Shown here: in pieces, positions 54,782 to 64,000 of the stretch
How the letters are laid out: each line of letters begins with the position of its first letter
Position numbering within the stretch: the stretch's first letter is position 1
DNA from: Clostridia bacterium
GTDB lineage: Bacteria; Bacillota; Clostridia; Monoglobales; Firm-18
Assembly: GCA_045541135.1 (NCBI GenBank)
Contig: JAZQIO010000028.1
Location: 32,897 to 96,896, forward strand
Reading direction: 5' to 3'
DNA length: 64,000 nt
Made by a program: the position numbers and the translations under genes
The notes under the pieces: generated by a model
What the model was told of the DNA's origin: nothing
Database searches by the model: none
Seen by the model: the letters and a program-made list of their open reading frames with translations, nothing else

Positions 54782-56923
54782 TTATAATCCGGTATCAGAC
54801 AATGGCGGTGTATAAGTTGAATCATCAATATCTGTCTGATTATCTTCCTCGGGAGTTTCCGGTTCAACTTCTCCGTGGATGTCACAGAAATTATCAGTCA
54901 AAGGTTCTCCTTCTTTGATAGAAGCTACAGGACAATTGTCTGTTGCTTTAAGACCGCTTGCATCACATATAAGTCCATCCAAAGATACGGAAGGTTCAAC
55001 AACGTAAATTGGCGTATAATTAAAGGATTTGGCTGCAAGATTTTTTGTACTGTGTACTTCTTCCATCACTTTTTTCCAAAGCGGAATAGCAGGATTACTG
55101 CTGAAGAAGCTTAATGTCTCATTTGTATCATACCCAACCCATACCGCTGCACAATAATACGGTGTGTAGCCAACAAACCAACGATCTTTATCATTATCGG
55201 TTGTTCCGGTTTTTCCGGCTATCGAATAAGACCCAAATCTTGCAGGAGTACCTGTACCGGTGCTTGAATTACATACAGAGTATAAAAGACCGTTAACTGT
55301 ACGTGCGGTAGATTTGCTTATTGCAACATTGCTTGTTGATTTACTTTCAAGAATAACCTCGCCATTACTGTCAATAACTTTAGTATAAGTTATTGGGGTA
55401 TTATATTCGCCGTCGTTTACAAACGTACAATATGCAGCAGTAAGTTCCATATTTGAAATACCGTTTGTCAAACCACCTAAAGCAAGTGCAGGTAGGTTTT
55501 TATCCGAAGAAACCAAAGATGTTATACCAAGCTTTTTTGTAAGAAAATTATATGAAGTTTCAACACCCATTTGTTGTAAAATCTGTACAGGTACTGTATT
55601 TATTGATTTATCAATGGCATATTTAACAGTTACTTTTCCTTTAAAACCACTGTAATAATTCTTTGGTGACCAGTTGCCAACAGTAATTGGCTTATCTTCA
55701 TATATTGACCCGGGTTTTATCATTCCCATTTCCAACGCAGGGGCATACACAGCTATAGGTTTTATTGTAGAACCCGGCTGACGTGGGAAGTTCTTATTGT
55801 CGGTAGCTCTGCGTTTTGTACGTGATCCCTCTTTTTCGCCGAAACCACCAATAATAGCTTTAACTTCTCCGGTATACGGATCCATAACACACATAGATGC
55901 TTGTGGTTTTCCGTTAGGTCCTGAAGCAAGATTATCAGGATTAGCAAAAACTTTTTCAGCTATTTGCTGAATTTGAGGATCGACAGTTGAATAAATTTTC
56001 AGACCGCCGTTATATAAAAGATTTGCTGCTACAGCTTTTGAATATCCGCATTCATTCTGTAAATCTTCAATAACTTCCTCTATTATCTGATCAACAAAAT
56101 AAGATTGTTTGCTCATTCCGACACTTTTGTCTGCAACAAATTTAAGTTCTTCTGCAACCGCAGCTTTGTATTCCGCTTCCGAAATATAATCAAGTTCGTA
56201 CATTTTTTTAAGAACAGTTTCTTGTTTTTCTTTGTTTTTATCCGGATTAAGTAATGGGTCATACAGTGAAGGGTACTGTGTTATTCCAACAAGGCACGCG
56301 CCTTCAGCAATAGACAATTCAGAAACATTTTTTCCAAAATAAAATTTTGCCGCACTTTGAATACCGTTACAACCCTGACTTAGATATATAGTATTTAGAT
56401 ACAGTTCAAGAATTTCATCTTTTGAAAGCTTTTTTTCAAGTTGAATAGCTCTTCCCATTTCCTGAATTTTTCTTGATACATTTTTGTCGGAATCACCTGT
56501 AAGATTTTTAACAAGCTGTTGTGTTATGGTGCTTCCTCCACGAGCAGTACTTTTATTAAAAATATAACCGAAAGCCGCTTTAAAAGTACTCATTATATCT
56601 ACGCCTGAATGTTCATAAAATCTTTCGTCTTCTATTGCAACAGCAGCATTTCTTACATGTGAGGGAATGTCTTCAAATTCAGCCCACACACGATTGTCCT
56701 CACCGTAAATGCGCTCATACTCCTTATATTCACCTGTATCAGGGTCAACACAGTAAACATAAGAAGACAAGCTAAGACTAAGGTCAACATCTTCAAGATG
56801 CAAAGCATCCAGATTGCCTACACATCCAAAATTTATTGCAACAGCCATACTTGCAAAAATAATGGCAAAAATTAAAATTATTGATAAAAAAACTTTCAAA
56901 AAAACTTTAACGGGTTTTTTCAT
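54782..56923 (-). CDS. Class A penicillin-binding protein (PBP1A-type glycosyltransferase + transpeptidase)
   Basis: GT51 motifs EDERFYEHSGVD and GGSTITQQLVKN. Transpeptidase motifs STIKP and KTGTT. The ATG at 56923 (MKKPVKVF) follows AGAGGA. Confidence 0.93.
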   Translation of the reverse strand: MKKPVKVFLKVFLSIILIFAIIFASMAVAINFGCVGNLDALHLEDVDLSLSLSSYVYCVDPDTGEYKEYERIYGEDNRVWAEFEDIPSHVRNAAVAIEDERFYEHSGVDIMSTFKAAFGYIFNKSTARGGSTITQQLVKNLTGDSDKNVSRKIQEMGRAIQLEKKLSKDEILELYLNTIYLSQGCNGIQSAAKFYFGKNVSELSIAEGACLVGITQYPSLYDPLLNPDKNKEKQETVLKKMYELDYISEAEYKAAVAEELKFVADKSVGMSKQSYFVDQIIEEVIEDLQNECGYSKAVAANLLYNGGLKIYSTVDPQIQQIAEKVFANPDNLASGPNGKPQASMCVMDPYTGEVKAIIGGFGEKEGSRTKRRATDNKNFPRQPGSTIKPIAVYAPALEMGMIKPGSIYEDKPITVGNWSPKNYYSGFKGKVTVKYAIDKSINTVPVQILQQMGVETSYNFLTKKLGITSLVSSDKNLPALALGGLTNGISNMELTAAYCTFVNDGEYNTPITYTKVIDSNGEVILESKSTSNVAISKSTARTVNGLLYSVCNSSTGTGTPARFGSYSIAGKTGTTDNDKDRWFVGYTPYYCAAVWVGYDTNETLSFFSSNPAIPLWKKVMEEVHSTKNLAAKSFNYTPIYVVEPSVSLDGLICDASGLKATDNCPVASIKEGEPLTDNFCDIHGEVEPETPEEDNQTDIDDSTYTPPLSDTGL

Positions 56924-57072
56924 AAAAATCCTCTTTTCTGTGAGAAATATTACAGTTTTATGTAACAATAAACTTATACATTATTATTATAACACAATGT
57001 AAAAAAAAATCTACTGTTTTTTGAATAATAATTAAGTTTTTTGTTAATTATTTATATGCGAGGTGCACAAAA

Positions 57073-57432
57073 ATGAGAAAAATTCATATACTATATCTTG
57101 TATTCATCATTGTAATCGCTATACTATTTATACCGAAGCTTATATCCTGTACTAAAAATAATGATGAAGAGGCTCAAAGAAAGCTTGAAAGTATTAATAA
57201 AAATTTTGACATATTTGACATAGAAAATAATAAAGATGAATTAGATAATTTATACATCATCAAAGCACACGGTGAAGAAATATATTTATATGACAGTAAT
57301 TTTAATGTAATTGAAAAAATGAATATAGACTACAGCAGTTTAAGAGAATATGATAAAACACTGTTTATTAACGGTATATATATTGACAATATGGAAGACG
57401 TTTACAGTCTGGTTGAGGATTTTTCAAATTAA
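57073..57432 (+). CDS. Hypothetical small lipoprotein
   Basis: 119 aa. The signal sequence ends in the lipobox-like L-I-S-C (FIPKLISC). I recognise no domain. Confidence 0.5.
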   Translation: MRKIHILYLVFIIVIAILFIPKLISCTKNNDEEAQRKLESINKNFDIFDIENNKDELDNLYIIKAHGEEIYLYDSNFNVIEKMNIDYSSLREYDKTLFINGIYIDNMEDVYSLVEDFSN

Positions 57433-57462
57433 AAGCGGAAATCAAGTAGATTTCCGCTTTCG
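57431..57462. terminator. Bidirectional terminator between the lipoprotein gene and the ABC exporter gene
   Basis: AGCGGAAATC (57434-57443), loop AAGTA, GATTTCCGCT (57449-57458), flanked by AAA on the left and TTTCGTT on the right. Confidence 0.7.
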
Positions 57463-57464
57463 TT

Positions 57465-59228
57465 CTATAAAGAGGCATACATACTGTACAAATTATTATA
57501 TAGCCCGCCTTTTTCAATTAATTCTTTATGTGTTCCCTGCTCCTCTATTCCATTTTCTGTAAGAACAAGAATTAAATTTGCATTGCGAATAGTTGTTAAT
57601 CTGTGTGCAATTGTAAATACAGTTCTCCCTTTTGCAAGCTTTTCCAATGAATCCTGAACAATTTTTTCACTCTCGTTATCCAAGGCTGAGGTTGCTTCAT
57701 CAAGTATAAGAATCGGAGGATTTTTAAGAAAAACTCTGGCAATACTTATTCTTTGTTTCTGACCGCCGGACAGTTTTACGCCACGTTCTCCAACATATGT
57801 GTCATATCCTTTTTCAAGATTAGAAATAAATTCATGAGCACCTGCAAGCTTTGCAGCCTCAACAACCGCCTCTCGGCTTGCACCGGGAAGACCATAGGAT
57901 ATATTTTCAAAAACAGTACCTGAAAATAAATACACATCCTGTTGAACAACACCAATAGAATTACGTAATGATTTTAAAGTTAAATCTTTAATGTCACATC
58001 CGTCAATAAGTATTCTGCCTTCCGTAACATCATAGAAACGGGGTATGAGGTTACAAAGGGTTGTCTTACCTCCTCCGGAAGGTCCGACAAGAGCAACACT
58101 GTCTCCCTTTTTAATGTCAAGGTTAATTCCTGATAACACCTCGGTATTATCATCACTGTAATGAAAACTTACATTTTCAAACTTTATATTTCCCTGTACG
58201 TTTGAAATATCAATGGCATTTTCTTTTTCTACAATTTCAGATTCAGTATCTAAAATTTCCAAAAATCTTTCTATACCTGTCATACCTCTTTGAAACTGTT
58301 CCGTAAATTGAATAATTGTGCGTAAAGTTGCAAGCAAGGTTGTAATGTAGAGCAAGTAAGCGGTTAAGTCAGCAGGTGTTATTTTATTATTAATCATAAA
58401 AATTGAGCCTGCAACAACAACGATAATATACAATAAACCTTCAAAAGCTCTATTAGAAGTTTGAAATCCTGCCATATAAAGATACGAAAGTCTTTTTATA
58501 CCTAAAAATTCATTATTATCTTCCTCAAATTTCTTTGATTCAATATCTTCATTTGCAAATGATTTTACAACACGAATTCCAAGCAAGGTATCTTCTACCT
58601 GAGCATTGATTTCTCCCACCTGGTTACGTTGTTCTTTAAACGCTTTTCTCATACGCGTGTTAAAAAATTTCACAATAACAAATATAACCGGAAGGGATGC
58701 AAACATTATAAGTGTTAAAGGGATATTTATTCCACAAAGAATTATAAAGGAAACTATAATTTTAAGACCTGCTATGAAAATTTCTTCAGGGCAATGATGT
58801 GCAAACTCAGTAACATCAAAAAGGTCACTTGTAAGCCTAGCCATAATCTGACCAACCTTATGCTCAGAGTAGTACGAATGAGAAAGAGTTTGCAAATGAT
58901 TAAATAAATCATGACGCATATCAGTTTCAATTTTAGCACCCATTATATGCCCCGTGTTTGCCATATAAAAATTAGCTGCAGAGTCTATAACTCTTAAAAT
59001 CAGGTAAAAAAATCCGATCTTTAAAACCAAACCAATGGTCAGGCTCTGAATATCGTTTATTCCCATATCTGTTATGTATCGTACAAGCATAGGAAAAACA
59101 AGTTCACAAACTGTTGTTAGTGAAGCACAAATCAAATCAAGAACCAGTATCCACTTATACTTCTTAAAATATGGAATAAATCTTTTTAATAGATAACCCA
59201 TTTTCATTTGCTTTTCAGTATTTTCCAT
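57465..59228 (-). CDS. ABC exporter, fused permease/ATPase (MsbA/multidrug type)
   Basis: Six TM helices plus an NBD: Walker A GPSGGGKTT, signature LSGGQKQR, Walker B ILILDEATSALD. Confidence 0.9.
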   Translation of the reverse strand: MENTEKQMKMGYLLKRFIPYFKKYKWILVLDLICASLTTVCELVFPMLVRYITDMGINDIQSLTIGLVLKIGFFYLILRVIDSAANFYMANTGHIMGAKIETDMRHDLFNHLQTLSHSYYSEHKVGQIMARLTSDLFDVTEFAHHCPEEIFIAGLKIIVSFIILCGINIPLTLIMFASLPVIFVIVKFFNTRMRKAFKEQRNQVGEINAQVEDTLLGIRVVKSFANEDIESKKFEEDNNEFLGIKRLSYLYMAGFQTSNRAFEGLLYIIVVVAGSIFMINNKITPADLTAYLLYITTLLATLRTIIQFTEQFQRGMTGIERFLEILDTESEIVEKENAIDISNVQGNIKFENVSFHYSDDNTEVLSGINLDIKKGDSVALVGPSGGGKTTLCNLIPRFYDVTEGRILIDGCDIKDLTLKSLRNSIGVVQQDVYLFSGTVFENISYGLPGASREAVVEAAKLAGAHEFISNLEKGYDTYVGERGVKLSGGQKQRISIARVFLKNPPILILDEATSALDNESEKIVQDSLEKLAKGRTVFTIAHRLTTIRNANLILVLTENGIEEQGTHKELIEKGGLYNNLYSMYASL

Positions 59229-59293
59229 ATTTTTATCCTCCGCAAATATTAATAATACATTAATATTTTACAACTTAAAAAAATTAAAGTCAA

Positions 59294-59333
59294 CAAAAAA
59301 ACAGACAAAAGATTTTTAAAATCCTTTGTCTGT
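59294..59333 (-). terminator. Rho-independent terminator after the uxuA-SDR operon
   Basis: On the minus strand: ACAGACAAAGGAT, loop, ATCTTTTGTCTGT (13-bp stem, one G-U pair), followed by TTTTTTT. Confidence 0.8.
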
Positions 59334-59344
59334 ATATTCAAATA

Positions 59345-60193
59345 TTAAACACCGCTGTATGCTGAGAAACCACCATCAACAGGAACTACAATACCATCAA
59401 CAAATGATGCACCGTCAGAAAGTAACCAAAGCAATGTACCAGTAAGCTCATCAGCTTCGCCAAAACGCCCCATTGGAGTATTGTTGATAATCTTCTGTGA
59501 ACGTTCTGTGTAGTTGCCGTTTTCATCAATAAGCAATGCTTTATTTTGTGCTGTAAGGAAGAAGCCGGGAGCAATAGCATTTACCCTGATACCAACCTTT
59601 GAAAAATGCACTGCTAACCACTGTGTGAAGTTTGAAATAGCAGCCTTTGCACCGCTGTATGCCGGAATTCTTGTAAGCGGACAAAAAGCATTCATTGATG
59701 ATATGTTAAGAATGCACGCATCCTTGGCCTCAATCAAGTCAGGTGCAAAAACCTGTGTTGGTAATAAAGTACCAAGGAAATTCAGGTTGAATACAAATTC
59801 AATACCCGCAGGGTCAAGTTCAAAGAAAGACTTAACATCTTCCCTGTCTTCATCACCGATTTCGTAGTAATCCTTAGAGGTAGTACCCTTAGGATTATTA
59901 CCACCTGCACCGTTGATTAAAATATCAATTTTACCAAGTTTTTCGTTTATAACTTTTTTAGCTTCAACAAGACTTTCTTTTTGAAGAACGTTTGTTGAAA
60001 CACCGATTGCTGTACCACCAGCTACATTAATTTCATTCGCTACTTTATCTGCAGCTTCGCCGTTGAGGTCTAATATTGCAACTTTTGCACCGCATTCTGC
60101 AATAACCTTTGCAAAGTTTGAGCACAAAATACCTCCACCACCTGTAACAACAGCAACTTTATTACTTAAATCAATTTTAAAAGGTAGATTCAT
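59345..60193 (-). CDS. uxuB: SDR-family oxidoreductase, D-mannonate oxidoreductase-like (YjmF/UxuB type)
   Basis: VAVVTGGGGILC Rossmann motif and YSGAKAA catalytic motif. It is translationally coupled downstream of uxuA. Confidence 0.75.
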   Translation of the reverse strand: MNLPFKIDLSNKVAVVTGGGGILCSNFAKVIAECGAKVAILDLNGEAADKVANEINVAGGTAIGVSTNVLQKESLVEAKKVINEKLGKIDILINGAGGNNPKGTTSKDYYEIGDEDREDVKSFFELDPAGIEFVFNLNFLGTLLPTQVFAPDLIEAKDACILNISSMNAFCPLTRIPAYSGAKAAISNFTQWLAVHFSKVGIRVNAIAPGFFLTAQNKALLIDENGNYTERSQKIINNTPMGRFGEADELTGTLLWLLSDGASFVDGIVVPVDGGFSAYSGV

Positions 60194-61233
60194 TATTTTT
60201 CACTCCTATCCAATGCTTCCCAGATACCGTTAATGTAAACAGCACCCAAAGCTCTGTCAAACAAACCGTAACCAGGTCTGCCTGTTTCGCCCCAAATCAT
60301 TCTGCCGTGGTCCGGTCTTATGTAACCGTCAAAACCGCTGTCGTGGTAAGCTTTGATAATACCATAAATATCAAGTGAACCACACTCTGTTTTATGTGCA
60401 GCTTCTTCGAAACACTTTTCACCTGTAATTTTAATATTTCTGATATGTGCAAAATGAATTCTGTCAGCGAAAGATTTAACAAGGTCAACGATATCGTTGT
60501 CAGGGTCAACACCCAAAGAGCCACTGCAAAGTGTAAGACCGTTATACTTACTATCGTATAGTTTCAAAAATCTTTCTAGATTAGCCTTGTTTGTAATAAT
60601 TCTCGGCAAACCGAAAATGCTCCACGGTGGATCATCCGGATGTATAGCCATTTTGATTTTAACCTCTTCCGCTACCTTAATTACTCTGTCAAGGAAATAT
60701 TTAAGGTTGTTCCAAAGGTCTTCTTCGGTAATTGACTGATATTTTGTAAGTAATGCTTTCATACCATCTTTTGTATAACTTGCATCCCAACCCGGTAAAG
60801 CAAGGTCACCTGTAAGAGGATTCATATCATGTACAGTTTCCTCACGGTAAATAAGTGCATGTGAACCGTCTGGCAATTCAAAATTAAGATCAGAACGTGT
60901 CCAGTCAAAAACAGGCATAAAGTTATAGCATACACAGTCAACGCCTGCCTGAGCAAGATTTCTTAGTGTCTGGCAGTAGTTTTCAATATACTTATCTCTG
61001 TTGCCGTCACCGGTTTTTATATCTTCATGTACCGGAACACTTTCAATTACACTAAGGTTAAGACCCTTAGCCTCAATATCATTTTTCAACTTTAAAATTC
61101 TTTCAAGTGGCCACACTTCACCTACAGGAATATCATAAATTGCAGATACTATACCTGTAACACCCGGAATTTGTCTGATTTTATCAAGAGTAACCGGATC
61201 GTCATGACCATACCATCTGAAAGTCATTTCCAT
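60193..61233 (-). CDS. uxuA: Mannonate dehydratase
   Basis: [14 protein letters not shown] is the UxuA N-terminus, on a xylose-isomerase-like TIM barrel. The ATG at 61233 lies 9 nt after AAGGAG. The ORF-track ATG at 61242 abuts the SD. Confidence 0.93.
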   Translation of the reverse strand: MEMTFRWYGHDDPVTLDKIRQIPGVTGIVSAIYDIPVGEVWPLERILKLKNDIEAKGLNLSVIESVPVHEDIKTGDGNRDKYIENYCQTLRNLAQAGVDCVCYNFMPVFDWTRSDLNFELPDGSHALIYREETVHDMNPLTGDLALPGWDASYTKDGMKALLTKYQSITEEDLWNNLKYFLDRVIKVAEEVKIKMAIHPDDPPWSIFGLPRIITNKANLERFLKLYDSKYNGLTLCSGSLGVDPDNDIVDLVKSFADRIHFAHIRNIKITGEKCFEEAAHKTECGSLDIYGIIKAYHDSGFDGYIRPDHGRMIWGETGRPGYGLFDRALGAVYINGIWEALDRSEK

Positions 61234-61335
61234 AAAATTCATCTCCTTTTCAAATTTATAAAAGACTTATTTCGTCTTTTGAGGTAATTATATTACAATT
61301 TTTTTAAGAAAACTATATAAATATTGATATTAACA

Positions 61336-61364
61336 TTGAAAATATTGCTGTTTTGTTGTATAAT
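61336..61364 (+). promoter_or_regulatory. sigma-A promoter for the AraC-family regulator gene
   Basis: TTGAAA (61336-61341), a 17-nt spacer, then TATAAT (61359-61364). Confidence 0.55.
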
Positions 61365-61382
61365 AAAATCAGAGGTGATATT

Positions 61383-62243
61383 ATGAGTGATGAAATGCTT
61401 AGTTATACGGGATTTGATGATACAAATTACTCTTATTCTCATAAGATGTTTGTGCCCGGATATAAAAACTTTAAACTACATACACATAAGGCTTATGAAA
61501 TATATATTTTTTTAAAGGGCAATGCCGAATACGTTATTGAAAGTAAAATATTTCCAATGAAGCAATATGATATATTAATTACCAAAAACGATGAATTACA
61601 TCAGGTAAGGCACCTTGAAAAAGAAGTATATGAACGTATTGTAATAGAGGTTAACGATATTTTCTTTGAAGAAAATGACTGTATTGAGTATTCCCACCTG
61701 CTAAAAAACCGAAAATTTGATACTGATAATATCATTTCTCCTGATTCTTCTGATAAAATTAAACTTATGGATTGCATATCAAGAATTGAAAAATACATAA
61801 AAGAGTCAAAAAAATTTAATAAAACTATTATAAAATGTTCTGTTATTGAACTTTTGCACATTATAAATACAATAAAAAGTAAAAATGTCAAAATCAAAAG
61901 CAATCATAATATTGATGAAATTATAAATTATATAAATAATAACCTTTCAAATGATATAAAACTTGACGATATTGCCACACATATGTTTATGAGCAAATAT
62001 CATTTGTGCAGAATCTTTAAAGAACACACAGGTCTTACAATAAACAAATACATTACAAATAAAAGAATCAAATTAGTTCAAAATTTATATGCGGAGGGTA
62101 ATTCGTTGACTACTGCTTGCATAAAAGCGGGATATTCAAGTTACTCAAGCTTTTATAAGGCATATATAACAGAAACAGGAAAATCACCAAAAAGTGATAT
62201 AGAAAATTATAATTTATTTAATGAAATAGATATACAGGAGTAG
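61383..62243 (+). CDS. AraC-family transcriptional regulator (cupin sensor + HTH)
   Basis: N-terminal cupin-like domain and a C-terminal double HTH ([22 protein letters not shown] ... [12 protein letters not shown]). ATG at 61383 after AGAGGTGA. It is divergent from uxuA. Confidence 0.88.
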   Translation: MSDEMLSYTGFDDTNYSYSHKMFVPGYKNFKLHTHKAYEIYIFLKGNAEYVIESKIFPMKQYDILITKNDELHQVRHLEKEVYERIVIEVNDIFFEENDCIEYSHLLKNRKFDTDNIISPDSSDKIKLMDCISRIEKYIKESKKFNKTIIKCSVIELLHIINTIKSKNVKIKSNHNIDEIINYINNNLSNDIKLDDIATHMFMSKYHLCRIFKEHTGLTINKYITNKRIKLVQNLYAEGNSLTTACIKAGYSSYSSFYKAYITETGKSPKSDIENYNLFNEIDIQE

Positions 62244-62247
62244 AAAA

Positions 62248-62685
62248 ATGAAAATAGTATTACAAAGAGTTAAAAGAGCAAAAGTCACAATTGATAACAA
62301 AGTTAACGGAGAAATTAAAAAAGGTTATCTCCTTCTTCTTGGTATTGGAAAAAATGACAACGAAGAAACTGCTGTTCAAATGATAGAAAAAGTAAAAAAA
62401 TTAAGATTATTTGAAGACGAAAACGGCAAAACCAATTTATCCTTAGAGCAAGTTGGCGGAGAGGTTTTGGTTGTATCTCAATTTACCCTATATGCCGATT
62501 GTCGTAAAGGAACACGTCCAAGCTTTACAGATGCAGCACCTCCTGAAATGGCAGAAAATTTATATAAGTTCTTCCTTTTGAAATGCAAAGAATTATTCGG
62601 AGATGTACAACACGGGGAGTTTGGCGCCGATATGGAAGTTGAGCTTTTGAATGACGGTCCGTTCACAATATACCTTGAAATTTAA
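62248..62685 (+). CDS. dtd: D-aminoacyl-tRNA deacylase
   Basis: [21 protein letters not shown] and RPSF blocks; 145 aa. Confidence 0.95.
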   Translation: MKIVLQRVKRAKVTIDNKVNGEIKKGYLLLLGIGKNDNEETAVQMIEKVKKLRLFEDENGKTNLSLEQVGGEVLVVSQFTLYADCRKGTRPSFTDAAPPEMAENLYKFFLLKCKELFGDVQHGEFGADMEVELLNDGPFTIYLEI

Positions 62686-62699
62686 TATTTTTATAACAT

Positions 62700-62733
62700 A
62701 AGAACCTCCATTTCTATTGAAATAGAGGTTCTT
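62700..62733. terminator. Bidirectional terminator between dtd and the RND pump gene
   Basis: AAGAACCTC-c-ATTTC, loop TATT, GAAAT-a-GAGGTTCTT (14 bp with one mismatch). Confidence 0.65.
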
Positions 62734-62742
62734 TAAACATTT

Positions 62743-63999
62743 TTATGCTTCAAAAACTTTATGTTCTTTTAGTTTTGCTTCTTTTTTTGCTTTTTTCTTA
62801 ATGTCCCTATCATCAAATACTGTGTAGAAAACAGGAATTACAAACAAAGTAAGCAAAGTTCCAACAAAAAGTCCGCCTACAAGCACTGTTGCAAGTGGTC
62901 TCATCATTTCAGAACCGCTTGCCGTAGAAATCGCCATAGGCAAGAAACCAAGTATTGAGGTAAGACTTGTCATAAGAATAGGTCTCATACGAGCTTTACC
63001 GGCATAAACCAATACTTCAGTTCTGGACCATTCAGGATGTTCATCTTTTGCAACTTTTATAAAGTCAATAAGAACTATGGCATTATTAACTATAATACCA
63101 ATAAGCATCAATATACCTATACATCCAACAACAGACAAAGGATTCCAGCCTATAACCAGCGAAATAACTACACCAATTATAGCCAAAGGTATTGTCATAA
63201 GAATAATCAGCGGAAGCTTTACATTTTCAAACTGTGCTGCCATTACCATGTACATCAGTAATATACCAAGCATAATTGCAAGTAAAAGCGATGACATTGC
63301 ATCAATCATTACTTCGTAAGTACCTGCTGTTACAAAACTTATTCCATCCGGTAATCCTTTTTTATTTATAAGTTCAGTAAATTTTGTATTTACGGTAGCC
63401 ATATCTGTGCCATATATTTTCCCACTTAAGGTAACAACCCTTTTTTGATCAATTCTTGTAAGCGTAGTACTTGTATTTGAAATACTAACATCAGCAATAT
63501 CTGACAACGAAACCCATTGTCCTACAGGAGTTTTAATCTGAAGATTTTTTAGCTCATTATAATTTTCGACATAATTGTCCGGATAGCTGACAACGATATC
63601 ATATTCGGTTCCATCAGCAGAATATTGAGCTGCTGTTGTACCGTCTAATACACCCTTTACAAAGACTGACACGCTTGCTGTATTCATACCGTATCTTGCT
63701 GCTTTTGACGGATCAATCTTAATTTTCACCTCTTGTTTTTGTGAAGCAACAGAAGTTGAGGTTTCTTTAACGCCGTCTATTGAAGCAAGTACTTTTTCTG
63801 CTTCAGCAACAAAAGATTCAAGCTTTGCATCATCATTTCCTGTAAATTGAAATTCTATTGCATCGGAAGACATAGACATCATTGTGCTTGATGCCTCAAC
63901 GGAAATTGTAGCTCCTGATATATTTTTAATATCATCACGTATATCCTGTACAATGTCTTCTGTGCTACTGTTGCGATTTTCTTTTAGTGTTACAGTAAT
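62743..63999 (-). CDS. RND (AcrB/HAE1-like) efflux transporter permease, C-terminal part (5' end is outside the window)
   Basis: I checked by hand that the frame stays open from 63882 up to 63999. It contains a periplasmic subdomain followed by the last TM bundle (...AAQFENVKLPLIILMTIPLAIIG..., PILMTSLTSILGFLPMA). Confidence 0.88.
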   Translation of the reverse strand: MTVTLKENRNSSTEDIVQDIRDDIKNISGATISVEASSTMMSMSSDAIEFQFTGNDDAKLESFVAEAEKVLASIDGVKETSTSVASQKQEVKIKIDPSKAARYGMNTASVSVFVKGVLDGTTAAQYSADGTEYDIVVSYPDNYVENYNELKNLQIKTPVGQWVSLSDIADVSISNTSTTLTRIDQKRVVTLSGKIYGTDMATVNTKFTELINKKGLPDGISFVTAGTYEVMIDAMSSLLLAIMLGILLMYMVMAAQFENVKLPLIILMTIPLAIIGVVISLVIGWNPLSVVGCIGILMLIGIIVNNAIVLIDFIKVAKDEHPEWSRTEVLVYAGKARMRPILMTSLTSILGFLPMAISTASGSEMMRPLATVLVGGLFVGTLLTLFVIPVFYTVFDDRDIKKKAKKEAKLKEHKVFEA

Positions 64000-64000
64000 T

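Noticed and set aside
1190-63319. Dozens of 60-150 aa ORFs in the track lie antisense to, or out of frame within, the large conserved genes. Examples: 1320-1706, 3413-3757, 10030-10443, 16912-17361, 27016-27330, 41559-41921, 45733-46065, 63037-63261.
   Set aside because: They are fully embedded in genes with unambiguous conserved products. They have low-complexity or hydrophobic compositions typical of AT-rich antisense frames, and they lack SD sequences. I treat them as spurious.
1-64000. Search for CRISPR arrays, tandem repeat arrays, IS elements, tRNA/rRNA/tmRNA genes, toxin-antitoxin pairs and known defence-system genes.
   Set aside because: None were seen. Every intergenic gap is 135 nt or shorter and is accounted for by promoters, terminators or SDs. 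All ORFs longer than 200 aa have recognisable housekeeping-type functions, except the C-terminal domain of the sigma fusion.

Overview
This is an AT-rich chromosomal segment with about 65 genes and almost no non-coding space. G+C looks like roughly one third by eye; I did not compute it. The source is a low-GC Firmicute, most likely a Clostridia-class anaerobe. Evidence for that: an SLH-anchored surface protein, an IspH-S1 fusion, a split transketolase, Na+-decarboxylase genes, and sbp/DUF881 division genes.

Most of the content is core housekeeping:
- ylxM-ffh-rpsP-khpA-rimM-trmD runs directly into nadD-yqeK-rsfS-leuS-rsmI.
- cysE-cysS-mrnC, and transketolase encoded as two halves.
- A zur-znuABC-type metal uptake operon.
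- A five-gene biotin-dependent decarboxylase cluster.
- cmk-plsC-ispH/rpsA, followed by three tandem M42 peptidase paralogues.
- A long minus-strand string: PBP1A-murA-ftsQ-DUF881-sbp-ftsZ, then polA-coaE-slt-M18-htpG-copA.
- uxuA/uxuB with a divergent AraC regulator, dtd, and the 3' part of an RND pump.

I found no rRNA, tRNA, CRISPR array, IS element, prophage or recognisable defence system.

Observations most worth a second look:
1. A tyrosine recombinase has a perfect 13-4-13 palindrome 15 nt upstream of its start codon. It sits within 1 kb of the point where gene orientation switches from mostly + to mostly -. This could be a self-contained Xer/dif-like module at a replication terminus, and a truncated M24-peptidase-like ORF lies next to it.
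2. An orphan ECF-type sigma factor is fused to a soluble domain of about 255 aa that I do not recognise. There is no adjacent anti-sigma gene, and an in-frame SD+ATG sits at the domain junction.
3. One decarboxylase cluster encodes two different carboxyltransferases (MmdA/12S-like and OadA/5S-like without a biotin domain). They share a single biotin carrier and a single Na+-pump beta subunit.
4. The third M42 paralogue has lost essentially all metal and catalytic residues, followed by an 8-Cys mini-protein.
5. An 11-bp-phased TGTWAH hexamer array (WalR-like) lies upstream of an SH3b-NlpC/P60 hydrolase gene.

All functional calls come from my reading of the translated ORFs and motifs. No database search was run.
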